Origin: Paragordius varius | Taxonomy: Eukaryota > Animalia > Nematomorpha | Direction: 5' to 3' | NCBI GenBank assembly: GCA_964247055.1 | Contig: OZ176058.1 | Location: 2,790,001 to 2,854,000 of the forward strand | Length of the DNA stretch: 64,000 nt | Shown here: piece after piece, positions 12,594-27,339 of the stretch | Layout: each line of letters starts with the position of its first letter | How positions within the stretch are numbered: position 1 is the first letter of the stretch | Notes under the pieces: generated by a model | What the model was told of the DNA's origin: nothing | Database searches by the model: none | Seen by the model: only the letters and a program-made list of their open reading frames with translations | Translations under genes and position numbers: made by a program

Positions 12594-15010
12594 TATTTTT
12601 ATTTTTTGTATTTTAAAAAATTGGGTTTCTTTTTTTGTTTAAATAATATATATGTGTAAATAACTGAGCGGTAATAATGACACACACAATAATAAAAGAT
12701 AAAAGCTTGGATGTGAGTTGACCTTTAAAACTGTGATGCAATTGTTATTATTAAAATAAGGGGGCTAAAAATAATTTTCGAATATTATTAATAGTACAAT
12801 TTCGTAAGCGATGATATCAGGATAATGGTTATAATTAGATAGATGACTGGATGATTGAATTTAAGCTATTAAAATATTTAAAAACAAATGATTTATAAAT
12901 AAAAGTTTGCGAAATGTCAAAAATTATTGTTGAGTAAATTATGATTATAATACAATTAAATGGTACACATGCCTTTAAATAACAAAAAAAAGATGGTTTG
13001 GTTTAAATATTTACAAGTGTTTTTTTTTCATGATATGATAAACAATTTATAATAAATACTAAATTTAAATTATACTTTACATTATAAAAGAATAATAATA
13101 GGGAATTTTATAATTTGATTCTAGTTTGATCTAGTTGGGATTGTTTTTTATGTTATAATCTTATTAGTATAAAATAAATATATGTATATAAACATAATTT
13201 TTTTTTATATAAGCTGCTTTAAGGAATAAAAAAAGTTTTGAAATCCAATTTTTACGCTTTTATCTATAGTAATATTACATACATTTATTTAAATTTTTTT
13301 AAAAAAATGCGATCATAACTTTTAGTTGTTAGAACATTGGTTGGAAAAATCTGGAAAAATGTAGTTTTAAAAAATTCCAACATTAATTTTATACCAGATA
13401 TCACATTTGCATGCAAATTATAATATCATTAAGCATTTAATGTTTTTACATCGACGTTTTTTATTACACAATACCGAGAACAATTAAAACAAACCTTAAT
13501 TAAGATTTATTATTAATTTATTGTTGTCACCAGTATTGAGTATATATATACAGTGGCATATGGCATTAAATATTATTAGTCCATAAAAAGAAAATGTTTT
13601 TTTAAAAAAACAACCCTAGTTGTTTATACATATCCATAATCCCTAACATTTTTGTATTCTTTTATGGATTGATATTGTTTTATGCCATACGCTAATGTAA
13701 ATAATCTAGCCTTTTAACTTTTTTATTAAAAATATATCCAAAAAATATATCGTTTGCTTGAAGACTAATATATTTCTTTAAAAATAATAACCACTTTTTT
13801 TTAACCTTGTTTTTTGCGCATAAATTATTTAATATCGAATTTTCATTATGTAATTGAATGTTGATTCCAGGATAATAGCTATTGCTTGATAATTCCTGTT
13901 TTTATTTTAAACCCAATATTGACTATTTTCCTAATAATCGAAATTTTTAATAAAAAAATCCATTTTTTATTTTTTAACATTCTTAAGGCACTTTTGCGCA
14001 CCGAAAAAGGCGTGTTGGACATCCCAGGTTTAACCAATTTGTTATATATTGCAGCCAAAAACGTTAAGTTGTTATTAAAATTTATATTTTTAAAAATATT
14101 TTTTTTTGTTTTAAGGTTTTGTCCCTATAATTTCTAATTTACTGCATATGTACATTAATAAGCCTTGTAACATTTGCTTGATTATAATTATTAGCTACCC
14201 GAAAGATAAATGTTTGGGCTGATAGATTAAAGTTGTCTATTATTCAAGGAAAAAAATTAAAAAAGCAAAAAAGTGGTTCAGTGGTATGGTAATATATTAA
14301 TAGAGTAAATTTATAAGGACAAAATGTTAAAATATAATGACATAATATTTCTCTCTTTGCTGTAAATTTAATCTAATCTGGCATAGTATGAAATTAAATA
14401 TACAGTAACAACTGATATTATACGAATAAACGTTAAAAAATAAAGGCAATTTTTTTTCAAAGGACAAGTAAACCTTAATTTATACTAGAAATATTATTTA
14501 TTTCCAATCGTTAGATACATAATTCATTGTGTTACCAATTTATATCTCTATTTTACACTTTGCAATTTAAAACAATCAGTTTTATTAAAAAAAAATATGA
14601 TTTAAAAAGTATAGTTGTCTTTTAGAAAAAAATATGTTTTTTATGTTTTTACGTTTTATCTGTATATTTTCAATTTTTGCGGTAATACAGGAGATAGACT
14701 TTGATTGCATTTTAAACAAAACTACTTTCAAGGCAGTAGTTTTATGTACTACTTTAAAATCTGTTGTCCAATATTGCCCCATAATGTTATCGCGCACAAT
14801 AAAATAGAATAAGGTGTTAACGAGCTTTATAAACCAATGAAATTTTGTTTAAAATTTAAAAAATACTAAACTATGCCATAAAAATATATTTTATATTAAT
14901 GATGATAAGTTATATTAGTTAAAAAACACAAATTTGAATTATAGGGTAAATTTGAACTGTAAATGATATACCATCCATCTATTGGCAAGTTTAATGTATT
15001 GTGTAGTATA

Positions 15011-15560
15011 CCATTTGCACTTCAAGTTTGAACATTTTAATTTGGTCCTTGATCATTTCAAGTTGGTCCTTTGACCTTTTTGTTTTGTTTTTTAACTTTT
15101 ATCAATCAAATCGATAATTCATCTATTTTATTGTTTTTAACCTATTTTCTATTATTTAACATAAATTTTAAATCGATATCAACTTTTAATTTTTGATAAT
15201 CCGTATATCTTTACTAATTTCTTAAAATAATTTTGGATATTTATAAGATTGTACGAAATGAAAAAATATATAAGTTTTCTGGGTTATTAATTAAAATTTT
15301 ATATTAAAAACATTTAATAGTCAATAATTTTGTTCAATTGAAAAAAAAATAGTTTGAAACAAAAAATTTGTTTTTCAATAAAAATTATTATTTTTAAATG
15401 AATAAATATTTAATAAATAAAGAAAATTAGGTTAATAAATTATAAAATAAAAATAAATGCAAAAATTTGGTTTAATCAAAATTTATAAATTTTAAAGACC
15501 AACCTGAAGTGTTCAAGGACCAACTTGAAGTATTCAAGGACACTCTTGAACAGCAAATGG
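15011..15560. mobile_element. MITE family C (TIR CCATTTGCACTTCAAG, 21-bp GTCCTTGAACA repeats)
   Basis: Flanked by TATA on both sides. Shares internal sequence with 44691-45381. Confidence 0.8.
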
Positions 15561-15612
15561 TATATTAATTTTGGTTAAATAATAATTGTAATATTCATTT
15601 CTTTATTAAATA

Positions 15613-18021
15613 CAGTCATGTAGAATTTATTTTGTTAAAGATTTACTTTTTTTCGTTAATTGGGTATTAATATTTGGTAAAGAATATAAAAACAAGAGCT
15701 ATATGGTATACTATATCATATTCTTTAAAAAACTAAAAGAAGTGTGAGGGAAGGGCGTCAGAAATCTTTGGTAAAAAATGAAAATGCACTAACTACTAAC
15801 CCTTCACTTAAAATTATTGTATAAAAGGGTTAGGAAAATAGTAATTTTTATCTCAATTATAATTTTTTGTTTTGATATGGGAACAATGTTAAAAGGGATT
15901 TTTACTATAGATGCTATATTAAATAATCAATTTGATCCAATTAGGATGTAACCCTGGTATTGCGAGTATTTTTTTCCTTTATAATGTTAGATTCAGATTA
16001 TGTTGACGAAAATATAAGACCCACACAAAATATTGTGCCTGGCAAAGATGGTTTTTTTATTTAGAATTTAGGTGTTAATGAGATCGGCGGGAATGAATTG
16101 ATAGTAGATACTTGTCCTGGTGTCCTTGATGGTTATTTTCCCTTATATATACACACAATTCATTATTTGTCCGTTATATGTTTGTTTTATTTATTGTGAT
16201 ATCCTATTAAAAAAATTATAATAAATATTTTTTTTACCTATACATAAAAATCTATATTTAAGAGGTTAATTTGTTTTGTTTAACACTTGGATACAACACA
16301 TTCATTTTTAAGCTAAAACCAAAAGGTAAAAATTTAGTGAATGTGAGAATACAAAATAAATCGCTTTTTCTATTTCTTTCAAGGTTAGATGTAATTTAAA
16401 TAAAAAATTATCTTTAATTTTACCCTTAACACTAAATGAAGACGACATTTTGCAAATATTTTGTAAAATAAAAATGGCGTCGAAGTTGTATGACCCTTTT
16501 TTTCAAAACAAAATTTTATTTAGATATTTTGGCATATTTATATAATTAGGAAAGAAGCATAAATTTAAAGTGGGACCGTTTCTTTCACTAGTTTTTTAAA
16601 AATCCTAACTCAAATTTAGTCTGGGGTATATTTAGATACCCCAATTCGAATCTAGGTGTTAAATAAAAATTTTATCAAAAAAAATTAATATATAAAATTT
16701 TGCAAAAGATTAACAAAAATATTACCATTTCCCCTTTAAACAATATTAAAGATTTTTATTTTTTACCAAATATTTCTGACGCCTTTCCCCCACACTTCTT
16801 TTAATTTTTTAAAGAATATTACACTTTACAACAAATTTTAACTTTTTTTAACTGCCATTCTGTAAATTTAAAATTTATTTCATTAAAGTACATAATTAGT
16901 ATATCTGAAAAGAAAATTGGTCTAGCATGAAAGAATTTTTTTATATTAGAGTTTATCGATAATTTTTGGCCCCGATTTAACATTAAACTCGAAATGTCGA
17001 AAATTAAAAGTTTTAAATATGAAGCCATGTATTTTATATCATTCGAAAGAGCTCAAAAAACTGCATCTTTTAAATGGTAGTATGTCATTTAAATCAATCG
17101 GATGTAAAAGTTATTTGGATTTAAATAGTCGAAATTTTCAATCCTTAAATAAGTCAAGAATTTTCACAGACAAACTAATTTGAAAATCATATAAGTTATT
17201 TTAATATAATTATTAGGGTTATATTAGTATTTAATTAAAAAAAATATTTGAAAAAGCTTTTGGTTTGCTTTTTTAATAAAAATTATTATTATCAGAAATA
17301 GTTTGCCTAGTAGATACTAAAATGCATATTTATAACTGTAAATTTATTACATAATAGCTATAAAAAATCAAAAATACCTTAAGCCTTGTTATTATCTTGA
17401 AAAATTTCGAAATTATCAGCCTCCTAAAGAAAATAAATTAATATTGATGAGATGGTAATTTTTAAAAAACCAAAAACTTAAAAATGGCTGTTTTGAGTGA
17501 CATAAAAGCAACAAAAAAATGTTTTAATCAAAAAAAGTTAATTGTGTTGTCTTTTTTGGACATTCATCACCATCTAAACAAAGTTTGAGCTATTTTCATC
17601 CATTAGTTTTAAAAATATAATAATTAAAAAAAATGCTCTCGCTTCGCGCGTTTGTCGCTCTTTGTGTCCAATATTAACTGTCGATGTAATATATATTAGT
17701 ATGCATTTTAAAGAGTTTTTATTACTCTTTCGAATGATATATTACAAATATATTTTCAAAGAAAAACATTTTTTAGTAAAATTTTTATAAAGAGGGCGCA
17801 TAATCAAAAAAATCAAATTATACAAAATTCTTCCATCGGGTTATAATTTTTATTTCAGATTTACTGTTAGAATGATACTAAATATCAGAAAATGCAAAAA
17901 ATTCGTGTGGCAGAAAAATTTGTTGTCCAGTGTTATGGTATACGATATAGCTCTTTTTATTCTTTACCAAATATTAATCGAAAAAAATTAAAAATTTAAC
18001 AAAATAAAGTCTACATGACTG
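15613..18021. mobile_element. 2.4-kb non-autonomous Tc1/mariner-like element with about 110-bp TIRs and nested insertions
   Basis: TA|CAGTCATGTAGA .. TCTACATGACTG|TA. Inner inverted pair at about 15720-15780 and 16760-16820. PiggyBac-like element nested at 16284-16658. Confidence 0.75.
16284..16658. mobile_element. piggyBac-like non-autonomous element (TTAA TSD), family D
   Basis: TTAA|CACTTGG .. TAGGTG|TTAA. Related copies at about 40355-40923, 41023-41583, 43088-43585 and 46085-46347. Confidence 0.65.
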
Positions 18022-18676
18022 TAATATTCATTTACTTTATATATGAAATGACTCAAGTCACTGATACCCTATTTGAAAAATTTAATAGTAAAAAAGAATG
18101 GATTTTCCTTTCATTATCTAATAGTGTTTTGGAACCAGTTTTAATTTATATAATTTGAGTTGTCTTTTATTATATTCAAAATTAATATTGATATGCCATC
18201 TATTTACCATTACATTAAAAACAAATAAAAAATACCAACAATACGAAAAAAATGTTTTTTAAAAAGACAACGACCATACTTTATAATATCTTATTATTTT
18301 GACACTTACTATATTCTCGATTGTGAAATGTTAACAACTCTACTTATAGTACACATTGGAATTACACGGACAAAATGTAAAAATATAAAGACAAATATTT
18401 TTTTCTAAAACAATACCTTTTTGAAATCCATTTTTTAGTTATAATTTCTTGTTTCAAATTGCAAATAAATAAATTATATATATTGGTGAAACAAGCATTC
18501 CATATATAACAATTGTAATTAAATAGCTTATATAGAAAAAATTTAAATGCAAAAAAAAGTATGGTTGTCTTTTTGAAAAAATATCTGTCTTTATATTTTT
18601 ACGTTTTGTCCGTATAATTTCAGTTTTTACTGTATAACCCAAATCGATCAGTGAAAATTAATATTATACACAGGCA

Positions 18677-19202
18677 CAGAGGCGTAGCTAGGGGGAAGGA
18701 AGGGGTGTTCACCGGGCGTTATAGTTAAAGGGGGGGCGGATTTTACAGTAAAAATTGAAATTATACGGACAAAAAGTAAAATTAAAGACAAATTTTTTTT
18801 ATAAAAGACAATCATACTTTTTCAAGTGTTAATTTAAAATAATTTGATTAACAGTCGTATAATACATAAATTGCTTGTGTAATCAATTTATATCTTCATT
18901 TCCTACTTTATAGTTTGAAACAATGAGTTATTAATATAATAATTAAAATTTAAAAAGTATGGTTGTCTTTAAAAAAATTATTTGTCTTTATATTTTTACG
19001 TTTTGTTCGTATAATTTCAATTTTTATTGTAAATTTTTGATTTTATTTCAAATAAATAAGCATTTAAAAGTGATTATTTAAATAATGCATAAAATCACCC
19101 ATTTATGAGTAGTGGTCATGACCACGGTTTAAATTTAATTATTATTTTTAAAGGGGTAGCATGGAGAAGGGAGGCGCCATCACGGATTCATGCACGCCCT
19201 TG
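18677..19202. mobile_element. Non-autonomous hAT-like element with a perfect 8-bp TSD and a nested MITE A
   Basis: TSD CACAGGCA at 18669-18676 and 19203-19210. Termini CAGAGGCGTAG / CACGCCCTTG. MITE A at 18746-19029 with TA TSD. Confidence 0.8.
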
Positions 19203-19399
19203 CACAGGCAAAATGGAACAAAACAAAATTATTTTTAAACCGCTCTATAAAATTAAAATGTTCAAGGACCAACTTGAAATGTTCAAGGACTAACTTGAAG
19301 GGTTTAAGGACACTCTTGAAAAGCATATGGTGTAAATATATGTAATAAAATACGTCTATATTAAATTTATTAAAATTTGCGCAATAATATTTTTTTATC

Positions 19400-19909
19400 A
19401 AATTATAGATAGATTCAATTCGTAATTTTTTCATCTCAACCGAAACAATTGAGTTTAGCATTAAAAGGATTATTTCCATTGTTGAATCTGGCTGCATTTT
19501 TTTCTTTTGGAAATAAATCAGCCTTTTTAGTGATTAAATCAAAGGTTTTAGGCCCGCGTTTTTTATTTATATATAATAAATATTCAATTTTACAACAATT
19601 TATCAAAACTATCAAATGATATTTTTATCATATTATATATTTCCTTATCAAATTTACAATAAATTTATTCATTTTCAGTCACCAAAAACAATTAATTTTG
19701 GGATTAAAAGGAATATTTTCATTTACAAATCGAGCAACGTTTTCCGATTGTAATATAAACCAATATTTTACTCCTTAAATCATAATGACTTATAAAGTGT
19801 TTATAATAACTATCTATAAACACTTTATATTAAACTAACTATAACAAATTTATTAAGATTTGCAATAATTTTCTTATCAAATTATACATGTATATAAAAA
19901 ATTTTCATC
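19400..19909 (-). repeat. Two extra tandem copies of the NOB1 last-exon 3' end and proximal 3' UTR
   Basis: Copies end in TGA at 19681-19679 and 19438-19436, spaced 231 and 243 bp from the true stop at 19912-19910. Confidence 0.85.
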
Positions 19910-22900
19910 TCAACCAAAACAATTGAGTTTGGCATTAAAAGGATTATTTCCAATGTTGAATCGGGCTGCATTTTTCCCTTTGAGGAATGAACCAGCCTTT
20001 TTAGAACCACGTTTTCGCCCAAAATTGGGTTCATGACTTTGGGGTATTTTTTGGCCCTCTTTGATACATTCCAATTTATAGGGCGTAGGTTTAGCTAATG
20101 AATGCTAAATTTATTTAAAAAAGAGACAAAGAATAAAATTGGAAATTTTTATGGTGTAATTTAAATTATTATACTTTTTAAACATAAAAAAATAATTTTT
20201 TGTTAAAATTTCAAAATTTTTGAAAACACAAATAAGTGTATAATATTTCAAAAATCGGCCTATAAATAAAGCTTGGATTATAAAAAAAACCTCAAACCTT
20301 AAAATTATATAAAAAATTAACATAATTATAGAAATCATTCAAGAAAAAATTCAAAAAGCATTTAAATCATTGCAAAAAAATTGTAAAATAAATTTTATTA
20401 TTTAAAAATTAATTTTATTTTTAAAAAAATCAAAAATAATTAAAAAAATCTTTTGTTTAAAAACTCCAATTTTAGCATTTAATTTTTCCAAAAATACAAA
20501 TAATGTAGAACAAAAATGATTTTTTTAAAACTTTAATTTAGAATATTTCAAAATTTAAATTTGAAAAAAAAAACAATTTGTAGAAAAAACCTTAGTTCCA
20601 CGTTTGACAGACATTCTTTGAGCATTTATATGTAATAAAACTGTATTTTTGCCGCTATCAGCTGATTTAATAGAGCATACGCCATCTTTGCTAGTTTCGA
20701 CGTCTGGACAGGCTGCGTTGCTATAGGCAACGCGACACAACGCTTTATTTCCACAATGAGGGCAAAATTGTTTACACATATTACTAGTTGTTCTATTTCC
20801 AAATATTTTTGAAAAAAATCAAATAAAATTAAAGAAAAGCTATAAGAATTAGAGTATATATTTTAAATTACAGCTAAAAAATAGTTTTGAAAACAATAAT
20901 GATGATTTAGAAAAAAATAAGGTTAACAAAGTTGAAATAAAATATAATATCTATTAAATAAAATTTTTAAAAATAATTTAATAATTCTTTATAAACACAA
21001 AAAATGTGAAAATATTTTAGAATTAAGTAAAAAAATTCAAACAAAAAATATTTTTTTAATTAATAAAATATTTACCTATAACACGCTTTACATAACAGTA
21101 TGTAATGGCGAACCTCTCGAATAATATTATTATTTTTTGCTGATCTAATAGCAATTCCCAGGGATAATAAAATGTTCTAAAATGAATTTTAGGAATAAAT
21201 TTCTTAAAATATTTAAATTAAAATATCTAGAAAATAAATTTAATAAATATTATTTATTAAGTATTTATATTATTTAATTGAAATATTAAATTTTGTTAAA
21301 AAACGATAATTTTAAAATTTTTTTAATAAAAATTGTAATTAATAAACATATAAGATTTTAAAATTCTTTTATTATTTTATTACATTCATCATGATTTAGC
21401 ATAAAAAGTGATTTCATTTATATTAGATTATAATTATATTTATTAATAAATTTATATTTTTTAAAATTATAAAATTTAAATTTTATAAAGCAAGTAAAAA
21501 TTAAAAAAATTTTAAAAGATTAAAATTAATTAGATATATCTTTCAAATCAAAAATATTTAAATTTTATTTTAAAATTTAATCAAGAAAAATTAAAAAAAT
21601 GAAAAGTTAAAAACACGTTTTTACTTGCATAGCGAAATCGTCTGTCATACATGCACATGAGTTCATTGAACTTTTTACACTATCGTCTGAAACTTCATTA
21701 TTCTGATGAATCTCTTAAGGTAAGTTTATTAATAAATAATTTAAGTAAAATTATCGAATTGGTTAAAGAGTTTATTTAAAGAAAATTTATATGTTATGTA
21801 TTTTTTTATAGTTAAAAGGAAGCAAAAAATATATACATTTACATTTATTGCTTTACTAAAACTACATGGCCTTTTAGTGTAATTTTATAATCCTTTGCCA
21901 TTCAAAATTTCTCATGATACAAAATATTTTTAATTGGGCCAAATGTAAAAATATGATTTTTTAGCCTTTTAAGCGCATTATACTTTTTTTAATAAATATA
22001 AAATTGTAAAAATTTTCATCTGCCATTTTTTTCCTTTATATTTTATAATGTGAATACAACAGGCTAATAAATGCATATGATTGGTTAATATATATATATA
22101 TATATACAATTAACTTTTAAAAGCTTTTAAATTACAGTTGCCATCAAATTTTTGATATTAATTGATTTTATTTTCAGCTGTTCGTTTCAATCTTGGAACC
22201 AGAATTTGATACACTCACTAATTTTTTTTATCTAATATGATAATATTAAAATTTCAAAACAGCCTTTATAACATAATAACTATATTCAACTCTGGGGTAG
22301 AAATATACCCCAAAATGCCATCTCATACAAAAAGGTCATAAGGAACCAATTTTAATCAATATAACTAATAATATTTGGCGAATGTTTAAATTTAAAAACC
22401 TGATGTGTTATTCTCATTTTTAGGTTTTGAAACGTCGATAGTCGTATCAACATTATTGGAAGAATTTGACGGTTCAGAAAAGACCATCGCCATATTTTCG
22501 TCTGAAACTAAATTCGATTGTTGAGAGAAATCTAAATTTGCCGTATTTTGTTGATCTAATGGTAACTTCTTATTATCATTTGAATCAGATATTAGTATTA
22601 AACTTTCATTTTTGGTATCATGAAAATTATTCATAGTTTTAATAGCATTGGTATTGCAGTTATTGGCTATATTTAATGAATCTGGGCTAATCCAAGCAGC
22701 CATATTTTCGTCTGAATCAAAATTATCGTCTGAAAGCAGATCTTTTTGGGGACAATTATTTACCATAGATATATCATTAGCTTCAATGCGGACAGAGTCC
22801 ATCATTTGTGCAACTATATATTATTAAATATATATATTAATTAAAATTAAAAATGTGTGTTTATATATTCAAAAAATATGGATTTATCAAAAATATGTGA

Positions 22901-25900
22901 ATATAATTTAATACTATTAACTTCTGAACATTAAACATTTTTTGTAAACTTCAAGGAATAATTGGGAAAAAACAACAAAATTTTATCAAAAAAAACATGC
23001 ATTTAATTTTTATATTTTGATTTTTACCTAATTAACTTTAATAAATAATTAAATATTAATGGCTTAAATGGACATAGTAAGTATACAGCATCTAAGCAAC
23101 TTATATATCTTAAAAAAATCATTCAAAAAAAACATTTTTTTTTCAATATGCATTAAAAAATAGGAATATATACCCCAATAATAACCCTTACTATAACTTA
23201 TAAATATAACATTTACAGTTTAAATTCACCCTAAAACAATTCAAATTAACCTTTGAACAATTTATCCTAAAATAAATTAGGTTTTTTTAAGATTTAAAAT
23301 TACTTATATTAAATGAAATTTTGTCTATAGTTAAAAAACAATTTTTTTAGGGTGAATTTGAATTGTTCGAGAGTGAATTTTAATTTTAAATGGTATATTA
23401 AATTTGTTTTAACTAAAATCGCTATGATATACAGGTATGCATTTGAATGGTTTCTTATTTCATACTATAGTTGGGAGCAATTTGTAACCCAGTATATATT
23501 ATTTAAAATTGGAATATAAATCAAATAAGTATATAAAAAAAATATTTGATAATTATAAACTTAAATATAAGAAATAATCAAAATTTAATCAATTAAGGTA
23601 TATATATATATATATTTGAAAAATCCTATAACCAATTAATAATTACAAATTTAAACAATACTGCGTGCATTTTAATGGTTGTTTATTTTACACTTAGTAG
23701 AAGGGAATTTGTAACACACAGTAGTGTATGGAAAAAACAACAAAATGTTCAATAAACAATTATATCCTTTCTTTTTTCCCATACACTCCTGTGCTGTAAA
23801 TTGCCCGACTATAGTATAAAATAAGCAACCATTAAATGCATACTGTAATAAAAAGTATATAGAAGATATATTTTAATAACTCTAAAGTAGTGGATATATA
23901 TCAGTCTCAGGATTTATAATTGTATCCTTTTTAATCTAATAACAAAATAAAAAGCATAATTGGTAATTGTTTAATAGAAGATTAAAGGAAAATTTTAAAA
24001 GATAATTATGTATTGAGTTTCGAAATTATTTTAAAAATCCTACTTAAATTTTAGAGATCTTGTCAATAAATATTAAATTAATATACCGACATCATGATTA
24101 AAATATTAAATTTATTTAGTGAAACCATAAAAGAAAAAAATAAAGCTTATATATGTACTTTTGTAATTAATTATGTATTATAAAAAAAAATTTAAATATT
24201 TTTTTATAAAAATAAAAATTACTCGAATCTATAGACATGGTATTAGTTCCCTCCATTATATTTGCTCCATCTTTAACCGCCGTAATCATATGGTCTTTTT
24301 TAAAGCTGTTTTCATCTGGATTATAAAAACCAGGAAGGTTAATTTCACAATTTGGTTCGTGTTTTGGTTTTTTACTAAAATATATATAGATAAAACAAAA
24401 TGTAAAAATATAAAAAGACAAATATTAAAATATAGCCATTTTTTAAAGTTAATTTTTACTACATACATAAACGATATTAAAATACCATTATTATATATAA
24501 ATATATATATACACCATTTACAATTAAAAATCACCCTTGAACAATTCAAATTCACCCTCAAACAATTAAAATTCACCCTCAAATAAATAATGTTTCTTAA
24601 TTAAAAATTTTTTTTAATTATAATTATAATTAAACTGAAAAAATAGTAAACTATGTTATAAAGATATATATTTAATATTAATAATGAGTTATTTAGTTCC
24701 TTATTTATTTTTAGAGTGTTAAATTGTTAAAGAATAAATTTAAATTGTTTAAAGGTGAGTTTAAACTGTAAATGGTATGCTATATATAATATATATATAT
24801 ATATATATTATATATATTATCTAATGTTTTGTAAACCAAAACGATTATCAGTTATAATTTACAGTATGATGCTGGTTTATAAATAAATATATGGTTGTCT
24901 TGTTGTTTTTACATTTAATTTCTATCTTAAAACCCAAAACTAAGAATCATAACTCAAATAAATTCAAGATTCAAAAAGTATGGTTGTTTTTTGATGAATA
25001 TGGTTAGCTTTTATAGTGATTTGTAGTTTTTTAAAAATATGTAAAATAATTTATACTTTACGCTATTATTATTTTATTAGGTTATCAAGTAAAAATTTTT
25101 TAAACACTTTTAAAAGATATAAGTTATATTATTAATTATTTAATATTTTATAAATTTTTGGTTAATAAGATAGCTTAATTTTTTAATCAAAAAGATATGT
25201 TAGAACAATTAAGGAAAAAAATTAGGATTGTCTTTCACTTTACCACTAGGTAGTTTTGTAAATATATGTAATAAAATTTTTAAAATCAAAATTATTTTAA
25301 AATTAAAACGTGAAAAAAAAAGTCTATAAGTTTAAAGGATAGCCAAATTTATCTTTTATATTAAAATGAATTTAAAGTTTTTTTTTATAATTAATTAATG
25401 CGTTTAATAATTATTATAAGTACAGAATAAATGTTATAGACTAGATGTAAAAAGATAAAAAAACAATGTATATTAATTTATAGGGATTGTCATATACCCT
25501 TTTTAACATAAATTTAATCAAAAAATCATATTTCAAATATTTGTATCAAATATATTTTTTAAATATGATAATATATGATTGTCTTTTAACATATGTGTAA
25601 ATGTATAATTTCATACTGCTGTAATTGAATAATGAAAGATGGCTGGTTTTTAACTCCGTTTTCTACGGATCCGTCTGGTAAGTTGCGTTGATTTTGTTGG
25701 TGATTATATATGTGATATGCAAGAGCTAAAACTTTAATATCCGTAGCAGAAAGAACAAAAATATCTCCAGTCCTTTTTGCAATTTGTAAAACTAAATAAA
25801 TGATAAACAAAACCATAAAAATTAAAATTATGCAAAAAAATTAATCTAAGATAAATATTTTTTTAAAGACAACCCAAATTTAAAACCTTCATTTTTTACA

Positions 25901-27180
25901 TTCATATTGTCTTTTTGTTTCCAAGTACTATTGAAATTATACATAATCTAAAAGACAAATATTTTTTACATATAAAAACAAAGGAATATTTCTAAAACCC
26001 TCATTTTTTTAATATATATTTATTTAAATATATTTGAAATCAGTTTACGATTCTCATTTCGCCCAAAACAATGGTTATTTTTAAAAAAATCAAAATTTAA
26101 AATGATTGTCTTTGAAAATTTGTATTTTGAATGAAAATACTTAAAGGTAATTATTTAAGATAAAGGACAAACAATATAATTTTATTTTTTCATTTTCTAT
26201 ATACAACTATTTATATTACACTAAATTATATAATAAGTATTTATTAATTTGCATTTCTCCTTAATTACCCAAAAAAATCAAAATGAAATATGGTTGTAAT
26301 ATAGAAATAATAAATTCCTTTTTTATTTTTTTTTCTGTATAATTTATTTTTTTTTAAACAAAATAAAAATAAAAGCAAATCTTCTTAACAAAATTAAATC
26401 ATAATTTTTATATACGTTTATTTTTATGATTATATCTCTTTATTCCAATTTACATTATATAATTGCTTATATTATCCAATTTAAATTTCAAATTCCCATT
26501 ATGTAACCCCAAAACGTGATGAGTTATTGTTAAAAAAATAAAAAGTTAATATGGTTGTTTTAAAAATATAAATTTGTATTTTAGTTTTTGAGTTTAGTCT
26601 GTATAATTTTCATGTTGACTCTAATTTTTTTTTATAAAAAAATATTAAATATATAACCCATGATTATTGCAAAATAAAAAAAATGTAAATTGGTAATATA
26701 CTTAAAACATAATGATGTATAATTTATGTATGAAATAAAAATTAAAAGCGTGATTAAAATATTTGCATATTTTAAAAAACTCAATTTTGCGCGTCAAAAC
26801 ACTAAAATACAATTTTAAAATTGACATAAGATTAAAAATTCAAAATTAAAAATATTCGTCTTTTAGTTTCTACGTTTTAATTCGATAAAAATATTTTTAA
26901 TCCAAAAAAACTATAAAATACCTTGTTTTATATCAGATATTTCGGGTTCTTGCACGTGTATTTCACAAGGTAAATTTGCCACAAAATCTCGACTGGTTTC
27001 ATCTCTAATTTCATTTAAAACTTCTGGTATCGTAACGACATAATCGGTTAATTCCTAAAAAGTGTGATTTATTAGTTTATAAATTTTGAATAAAATTAAG
27101 TATTTAAAAGTTACATATAGGGGGTATCGTAGCAAAATTGCACTGGTATCGATAACTAAAGTTGAAATTTTTTCTTTCAT
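19910..27180 (-). CDS. NOB1: RNA-binding protein NOB1 (PIN-domain 18S rRNA site-D endonuclease with Zn ribbon), about 508 aa, 9 exons
   Basis: Exons (minus): 27180-27115, 27054-26922, 25791-25617, 24374-24223, 22813-22400, 21713-21625, 21176-21076, 20792-20591, 20104-19910. Total 1527 nt, phases consistent. Motifs LVIDTSA, TIPEVLNEIRD, TGDIFVLSATDIKVLAL, WISPDSL, CMTDDFAMQNILL, LLCKACY..FCPHCGNK match the NOB1 family. Confidence 0.95.
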
Positions 27181-27339
27181 TGGGTTAACAATACGAAGAA
27201 AAAGCAAACATGCTAAACCGTTGTGTAAAATGTGAAGTATTTGTCTTTATTTTCTTGTGTATATAAAGTCGTTTCATTTGTTCATTAATTTAAAGATTAA
27301 AATAGCGCAAAATCTCTTTTGAGCTTAATATACCGTTTT

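Noticed and set aside
27169-27211. NOB1 and the GNAT gene both begin ATGAAAGAAAAA; an 8-codon uORF ends 4 nt before the NOB1 ATG
   Set aside because: A 12-nt A-rich match is plausible by chance here. The uORF matters only if the unknown TSS lies upstream of it.
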